Source: Gammaproteobacteria bacterium TMED1
GTDB lineage: Bacteria > Pseudomonadota > Gammaproteobacteria > Pseudomonadales > Azotimanducaceae
Direction: 5' to 3'
Length of the DNA stretch: 64,000 bases
Assembly: GCA_002167855.2 (NCBI GenBank)
Contig: NHBG02000019.1
Coordinates: forward strand, 39,407 to 103,406
Numbering within the stretch: position 1 is the stretch's first letter; every line of letters starts with the position of its first letter. Of this stretch, positions 58,806 through 64,000 are shown piece by piece. The translations under genes and the position numbers were made by a program. The notes under the pieces are model-generated. The model did not search any database and was not told where the DNA came from. It was given only the letters and a program-made list of their open reading frames with translations.

Positions 58806-59277
58806 GATAATCAAAAATGGAGAGGTTATAGAATCTGCTTTCACAATCGTGAAGGACGAAAATTTCAATATAGGTATCGCTAACCAGTTACTGCCTCTCT
58901 CGATATATTTGAAAAATCAAGAGAATCTTATGGGAAGAAACGATTATGGTGTATGGCTAGATAGCAATGAAGAAATCGAAGTGCTATCAGGGATAATTCA
59001 CTTCAATGTAATCGCACTCAACTTTCCATCCTTCAACGATGGACGCCCTTACTCAAATGCGAATCTTCTTCGTGAGAGACTGAAATTTCGTGGCGAAATC
59101 CGAGCTATTGGAGATGTCAGAAGAGACCAACTAGAGCAAATGGTGCGTTGTGGTTTCAATGCTTTTGAGATGGCAGAAAACGAAGACTTAGCAGCCTCGC
59201 TCGATAGTCTTCAAGGCTTTTCTCTGAGCTATCAGGCAACTGCAGACAGACCAGAACCACTATTTCGGAAACGTTAA
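58798..59277 (+). CDS. DUF934 domain-containing protein (sulfite-reductase-associated)
   Basis: ATG 58798 overlaps the cysI stop (ATGACTAA). MTKIIKNGEVIESAF... about 159 aa. The conserved cysI-DUF934 pairing supports it. The ORF-track start at 58708 lies inside cysI. Confidence 0.75.
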   Translation: MTKIIKNGEVIESAFTIVKDENFNIGIANQLLPLSIYLKNQENLMGRNDYGVWLDSNEEIEVLSGIIHFNVIALNFPSFNDGRPYSNANLLRERLKFRGEIRAIGDVRRDQLEQMVRCGFNAFEMAENEDLAASLDSLQGFSLSYQATADRPEPLFRKR

Positions 59278-59320
59278 TTAATAACTCAAGAGCAAGCTCC
59301 CCAGTATTGATGAGTATTTT

Positions 59321-60484
59321 GTGGACCCATTGATCACATCTTTTTTCCTGATATTCGCAGCTACAGCTGTGCTCGCGACACTAGCACTTTATACTCGACA
59401 GCCACTGATAGTTGCCTATATTTCAGTAGGTATTCTTCTTGGACCTTCTGGGGCATCCTTAATTGACGACCCTTCCTTAATTAGTAGCATTGCAAAAATT
59501 GGCATCATCTTCCTGTTATTTTTACTAGGACTTGACATGCAACCAGCAAAATTGATCAATACGTTGAAAAATACAAGCGTAGTGGCCTTCGCAAGTTGCA
59601 CAATCTTTTTCCTCATCGGTTATGCCGTCAGCCAGTTACTCGGCTTCGTCGGAAACGAGAGCGTTGTCATCGGAATAGCGATGATTTTCTCAAGTACTAT
59701 TATTGGAATTAAATTACTCCCTACCACAGTGCTTCACCATCGACATACCGGCGAACTCGTGATTAGTCTTCTCCTGCTTCAAGACTTAATTGCAATTATA
59801 GTCCTATTGGTATTAACCGGAAATATTATGGAGTCTGATGGAGCTAGGAAATTAATTCAGCCACTGTTAAGTTTGCCCGTAATCACTTTATCTGCAGTTT
59901 TATTTGTCCGGTATATTTTGCTTGGATTATTATCTAGATTTGATTCATTCCACGAATACATATTTCTTATTGCAATTGCCTGGTGCCTGGGTCTCGCAGA
60001 AATCTCAGAAAGAGCAGGTCTTTCTATGGAAATAGGCGCATTTATTGCTGGCATCTCTCTTGCCACGAGTCCCGTTGCCTACTACATAGCAGAAAACCTC
60101 AAACCCTTAAGAGATTTTTTCCTCGTGCTATTTTTTTTCTCTCTTGGCGCATCTTTTCAACTCGATCTATTGGCAGAAGTCGCTGTCCCTTCGGCAGTTC
60201 TGGCTTCCTGTATTTTGATATCTAAACCAATAGTTTTCCGGATCCTACTCCGTAAGGTGAGTGAATCAGAGAGTACCAGCTGGGAAATAGGTTATCGATT
60301 AGGACAGATTAGTGAATTTTCCTTGTTAATCGCATTTGTAGCGACGACTCAAGCTATCATCAGCCAGTACGCTTCCCACTTAATCCAAGCCACGGCCATT
60401 ATTACTTTCCTTATTTCATCTTATTTAGTCGTGATGAAATATCCAACGCCTATAGGCACCTCTGATAAGCTCAGGAGGGACTGA
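59321..60484 (+). CDS. cation:proton antiporter (CPA2/Kef-type membrane domain)
   Basis: GTG start, 387 aa, about 11-12 TM segments, with QPLIVAYISVGILLGPSG typical of Na/H-exchanger family proteins. No TrkA-N/C domain. Confidence 0.85.
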   Translation: MDPLITSFFLIFAATAVLATLALYTRQPLIVAYISVGILLGPSGASLIDDPSLISSIAKIGIIFLLFLLGLDMQPAKLINTLKNTSVVAFASCTIFFLIGYAVSQLLGFVGNESVVIGIAMIFSSTIIGIKLLPTTVLHHRHTGELVISLLLLQDLIAIIVLLVLTGNIMESDGARKLIQPLLSLPVITLSAVLFVRYILLGLLSRFDSFHEYIFLIAIAWCLGLAEISERAGLSMEIGAFIAGISLATSPVAYYIAENLKPLRDFFLVLFFFSLGASFQLDLLAEVAVPSAVLASCILISKPIVFRILLRKVSESESTSWEIGYRLGQISEFSLLIAFVATTQAIISQYASHLIQATAIITFLISSYLVVMKYPTPIGTSDKLRRD

Positions 60485-60520
60485 AGATATCTTGCCTTTA
60501 GGAAGTAGTTCCTTATTAAC

Positions 60521-61549
60521 CTAAGGCCCTAAAAATCGCTGTGATAACGTGTCCAAAATTCGACCTGAAAAACGCTCCATTAATCGATCAATCTTACCTT
60601 TATGAAGCACATATTTGACGAGGAAGACGTCCGAGTTCTGACATTTACTCGTAATAAACTCGTCACTAGTCATCAGATCATCTACCAAATCATTCTGGAT
60701 GGCTCGCGTTCCATACCAAGCCTCGCCAGTGGATACTGAATCTATATTTACTTTCGGACGGTTATCTGAAACGAATTCTTTGAATAACGCATGGACGTCC
60801 TCCAGCTCCTCAACGAACTTCTCACGTCCCGTTTCTGTATTTTCTCCAAAGACAGTCAATGTTCTTTTGTGTTTACCTGCTGTCAAAACTTCAACATCGA
60901 CATCCCTATTTTTTAAAAAGCGATGAAAGTTTGGCATTTGGGCGACAACACCAATAGAACCCAAAAGGGCAAATGGTGCTGCAATAATCCTGTTACCTAT
61001 ACATGCCATCATATAGCCTCCGCTTGCGGCCACTTTATCTACGGATACCGTTAAATTTATGCCTTGGTTTGTGATTCTCCTCAACTGCGAGGCAGCAAGC
61101 CCGTAACCGTGAACAATTCCCCCAGGACTCTCCAACCGAAGAAGAACCTCATCTATCTCTCGAGCAACTGAAAGTATTGCCGTCACTTCTTCTCTGAGGG
61201 ACTTAACACCAGAGGCATGCATATCACCGGCGAAATCGATCACAAACACTCTATTACGATCATTGACACCACTCTTTGCGTTTTTACTCTCAGCCCTTTT
61301 CTCTTCTTTCTGTCGTTTTTTGTCCTCTTTTGCCTCCCGTTTCCGCTGGTGCGGCTTGAGCACGAGCTGCTTGAGACTAAAGGATAGATTGTCGATTGTT
61401 TCGTTCACATTCTTAACCTCAATATGACCGCCTTCGTCTTCCCTATGCCTTTGACTTACTCCAGAGATTATTAATAGCAGCAATACCACTGCCGCAACTA
61501 AAGTAAGTGCCTTCGCTAAAAATAAACCGTAATCAAATAAAAACTCCAA
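60521..61549 (-). CDS. sohB: S49 family protease SohB
   Basis: N-terminal TM MEFLFDYGLFLAKALTLVAAVVLLLLI, a lysine-rich linker, and an S49 domain with VAASGGYMMAC. Confidence 0.85.
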   Translation of the reverse strand: MEFLFDYGLFLAKALTLVAAVVLLLLIISGVSQRHREDEGGHIEVKNVNETIDNLSFSLKQLVLKPHQRKREAKEDKKRQKEEKRAESKNAKSGVNDRNRVFVIDFAGDMHASGVKSLREEVTAILSVAREIDEVLLRLESPGGIVHGYGLAASQLRRITNQGINLTVSVDKVAASGGYMMACIGNRIIAAPFALLGSIGVVAQMPNFHRFLKNRDVDVEVLTAGKHKRTLTVFGENTETGREKFVEELEDVHALFKEFVSDNRPKVNIDSVSTGEAWYGTRAIQNDLVDDLMTSDEFITSKCQNSDVFLVKYVLHKGKIDRLMERFSGRILDTLSQRFLGP

Positions 61550-61637
61550 TGCTATAACCTTAAAAATCTAAAAGAGCCATGGTAACAGATTATCTAGCTT
61601 ACCTGTTGAGTCTCAATTACTATGTTAGTGTAATCGT

Positions 61638-61967
61638 ATGACAGCACTGACGACCAAACTCAAACAAAAAACACAAAATCTGAAAAAACGCTTTCGCCCA
61701 AATTTTCTAGATCACGATCATGTGTGCTTTCAGTTCTTGTTCTCAAGTGACCCTCCCTTCTATCTTGTAGCTAATCATAGGGAATTTAGTTTTTTACCAG
61801 GATTGAACCCAGAACCAACAGTTAAGTTTAAAATTGACAACCACTTTACATGTTGGAGTTTGCTCGAGGGGACACAGCCTAGCACCAGAGCGTTCATGGA
61901 AGGCAAATATTCTTCTGATGGGCATTTAATTTTAAGTCACAAACTGCTTAACCTCTTTAACTCGTGA
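61638..61967 (+). CDS. SCP2 sterol-binding-domain protein
   Basis: 109 aa with a C-terminal AFMEGKYSSDGHLILSHKLLNLF, resembling the SCP2 motif F..GKl...Gd..la.kl..lF. Confidence 0.55.
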   Translation: MTALTTKLKQKTQNLKKRFRPNFLDHDHVCFQFLFSSDPPFYLVANHREFSFLPGLNPEPTVKFKIDNHFTCWSLLEGTQPSTRAFMEGKYSSDGHLILSHKLLNLFNS

Positions 61968-62031
61968 TGCAGTTATGCAAAGCAACCTATCGGGTAAAGA
62001 GCAAAGCGTCGTTTATCATCTCATATTCATT

Positions 62032-62739
62032 TCAGTCTAAGGACTTCCATACACAACCAGATTTGGATTCAAGCTCTAACTGCGCGAGCTTTTCTTCATG
62101 ACGCTGAATTTCGTCAATAGAGGCATTTATAACTTTCAAGGCAGAACGCTCCTTCCTTAGCACTCGCTCCTTACTTAAGACTTTTACGGAGGAACTTGTT
62201 TCACTCAAGCTTAGAGAGACTTGTCCGCCTGTCATCATTAGATAGACCTCAGCTAAAAGCTCAGCGTCCAAGAGTGCTCCGTGCAGATCCCTCTGGGAAT
62301 TATCCACACTGTATCTTTTACACAGCGCGTCGAGGTTATTTTTCTGTCCCGGATGTTTTTCCCTTGCTATCTCCAAGCTATCAAGAATACGACAGTGATC
62401 ACTGAGTTCACCCGGATCTGTTACGATATTTTTCATCTCCTGATTAATAAACCTTACATCAAATAACGCGTTATGCATTATCAATTCTGCTCCACTTATG
62501 AACGCTAGCAATTCTTGCCAGATATCCGAAAATAATGGCTTATCCTCGAGGAACTCTCGACTGATTCCATGAACCTGAAATGCACCATCATCGATGTCTC
62601 TTGCAGGATTGATATACTTGTGGAAGCGCCGATGAGTAAGACGTCTCCCAATTATTTCTACACCCCCAATTTCTATAATCCTATGGCCATCATTGACATC
62701 TAGACCCGTAGTTTCAGTATCTAGAACAACCTGTTTCAT
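62032..62739 (-). CDS. dnaQ: DNA polymerase III subunit epsilon (3'-5' proofreading exonuclease)
   Basis: Exo [11 protein letters not shown], Exo [12 protein letters not shown], and Exo III-epsilon [14 protein letters not shown]. Length is 235 aa. Confidence 0.92.
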   Translation of the reverse strand: MKQVVLDTETTGLDVNDGHRIIEIGGVEIIGRRLTHRRFHKYINPARDIDDGAFQVHGISREFLEDKPLFSDIWQELLAFISGAELIMHNALFDVRFINQEMKNIVTDPGELSDHCRILDSLEIAREKHPGQKNNLDALCKRYSVDNSQRDLHGALLDAELLAEVYLMMTGGQVSLSLSETSSSVKVLSKERVLRKERSALKVINASIDEIQRHEEKLAQLELESKSGCVWKSLD

Positions 62740-63194
62740 TGGCTCACCTCTAAACCATCAATACCTCGATTAGCTAACACATCCGCTATTTCATTTTCTC
62801 TGTGCCCACTATGACCTCTTACCCAATCCCAGGTAATATTATGGTTTTGGGAAAGTTCGTCTAACTGCTGCCAAAGGTCCTGATTCTTTACCTGTTGTTT
62901 ATTAGCAGTCCTCCAACCTTTGTTCTTCCAATTTGTAATCCATTGGGTAATACCATTCCTTACATATTTGGAATCAGTCGTAAGAGTCACTACCGAACCC
63001 TTTTTTATAGCTGTCAATCCTTTTATAGCCGCTGTTAACTCCATTCTGTTATTCGTTGTATTGTATTCCCCTCCGCATAACTCCTTTTCATTGTCTCCAA
63101 ATCTCAGCAGAACTCCCCAACCGCCGGGCCCTGGGTTACCCCTGCATGCTCCATCGGTATATATCTCCACTCTCTGCGAATCAGTTTCTTTCAT
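62736..63194 (-). CDS. rnhA: ribonuclease HI
   Basis: [26 protein letters not shown] and [18 protein letters not shown]. Overlaps dnaQ by 4 nt. Confidence 0.95.
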   Translation of the reverse strand: MKETDSQRVEIYTDGACRGNPGPGGWGVLLRFGDNEKELCGGEYNTTNNRMELTAAIKGLTAIKKGSVVTLTTDSKYVRNGITQWITNWKNKGWRTANKQQVKNQDLWQQLDELSQNHNITWDWVRGHSGHRENEIADVLANRGIDGLEVSQ

Positions 63195-63960
63195 TGAAAA
63201 TAGCTCCCCTCGATACTGGTGGTATTGCGGGGTTCAAGCGCCCACCTTGAATCAACTTAAGACCCCTAGAGTGCCATGGTTGCGTTATAGCAGTCATTGT
63301 ACTTTCCTGTTTTCTCGCCACAAGAACATACACAGCACCAAGAGGTAAATTAATATTACGACTGAGTTCCCGAGAGGAATCGCTGGTCCTCAAAGAGTTT
63401 GGACTGATCGGCAGCCCATAAATGCAATACTGAACTCGGTCGATTTTGAAATTAAGTGCATTTAACCAATCCATAAGCCTACCGGGTCTTATAAACTTAC
63501 CAAACCAAGGTGGTTTACCATTCCAGCCTGCTGCGCTCTTCCAAAGGCCCCATAGACTAATGGGGTTAAAACCGATTACAACAAAGTATCCCATCGGCAA
63601 AGATACTCTGGCTAACTCTCGCAATGTATCTAAGGGACGATCCAAAAACTCTAGGAGATGATGCGAAATAATGACATCAATACTATTGTCTAGAAAGGGA
63701 AGCTCCGTCGATTTTGCTATAAGTGGCGAGCTGTCTGAGGTATCTAGCCCTAAAAGGATTTTATTTCGAATGGGACTAGCATCATACAGTGCTTGCGGAA
63801 AGACGCCGGTCTGGAGAAGGTGATACCCAAAATAGCCGCTAAGCAACTGATCGAGGATCGACCCCTCGATTTGCATAACGTTCTGACCGAGTGCAGAATC
63901 AAACCAAGTTCTGACGTCCCTCAGAGATTTTAAAGACTCCGTGGTAAGAGTTTTTACCAA
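63181..63960 (-). CDS. class I SAM-dependent methyltransferase-like protein
   Basis: TTG start, 259 aa. It lies upstream of rnhA-dnaQ, as in Pseudomonas. [16 protein letters not shown] resembles the methyltransferase post-I/II region. The glycine-rich SAM motif is degenerate. Confidence 0.65.
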   Translation of the reverse strand: MVKTLTTESLKSLRDVRTWFDSALGQNVMQIEGSILDQLLSGYFGYHLLQTGVFPQALYDASPIRNKILLGLDTSDSSPLIAKSTELPFLDNSIDVIISHHLLEFLDRPLDTLRELARVSLPMGYFVVIGFNPISLWGLWKSAAGWNGKPPWFGKFIRPGRLMDWLNALNFKIDRVQYCIYGLPISPNSLRTSDSSRELSRNINLPLGAVYVLVARKQESTMTAITQPWHSRGLKLIQGGRLNPAIPPVSRGAIFNERN

Positions 63961-64000
63961 TTAACCATCCCATTTGCAAACTCTGACATTATATCCCTTG

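Noticed and set aside
1-64000. Search by eye for tRNA/rRNA genes, CRISPR arrays, IS elements, integrases, toxin-antitoxin pairs or defence systems
   Set aside because: No T-loop/acceptor-like tRNA signatures were seen outside coding regions. There are no regularly spaced direct repeats, no transposase/integrase/recombinase-like ORFs, and no terminal inverted repeats. All sizeable intergenic regions were inspected individually: 11237-11434, 16288-16538, 19572-19821, 28517-28770, 38400-38785, 39611-39919, 45811-45972, 51072-51423, 53121-53296 and 56987-57152. A tRNAscan/Infernal/ISfinder run would be needed to be certain.

Overview
This is a chromosomal, mostly housekeeping 64-kb segment from a moderately AT-rich gammaproteobacterium. 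The taxonomic call rests on Pseudomonas-like local gene orders: methyltransferase-rnhA-dnaQ, cysI-DUF934, and etfBA divergent from ETF-QO. I support about 58 protein-coding genes. I saw no rRNA, tRNA, CRISPR array, transposase, integrase or phage gene. Main blocks, left to right: M16 peptidase / AGCS symporter / gor; NamZ and a LeuB-like dehydrogenase; a CinA-like/NadD-like fusion; ptrB; an SOS mutagenesis cassette (imuA-imuB and dnaE2) split by three unrelated genes, with a LexA box in front of each half; a MATE transporter; a type II secretion operon gspE-M with no gspC/D; pyrB, nucleoside hydrolase, cysK; etfBA and ETF-QO; a catabolic-looking cluster (UxaA-type dehydratase, SDR, family III CoA-transferase, MFS, Zn-ADH); glyA preceded by a ZTP (pfl) riboswitch; a stand-alone AICAR-transformylase-domain gene; glnS; DAHP synthase; nfuA; metH; cysI-DUF934; a Kef-type antiporter; sohB; dnaQ; rnhA. 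I did not find an obvious novel multi-gene system such as a defence island. The observations most worth follow-up are: (1) a Phe/Tyr-codon-rich leader ORF with mutually exclusive hairpins and a T8 terminator just upstream of DAHP synthase; (2) the split, doubly LexA-boxed imuAB...dnaE2 arrangement; (3) three genes (dnaE2, pyrB, a TrmH-family methyltransferase) whose conserved N-terminal residues lie upstream of any in-frame ATG/GTG/TTG; (4) a fused PncC-like/NadD-like protein. All calls come from reading the sequence and ORF translations by eye. No database search was run.
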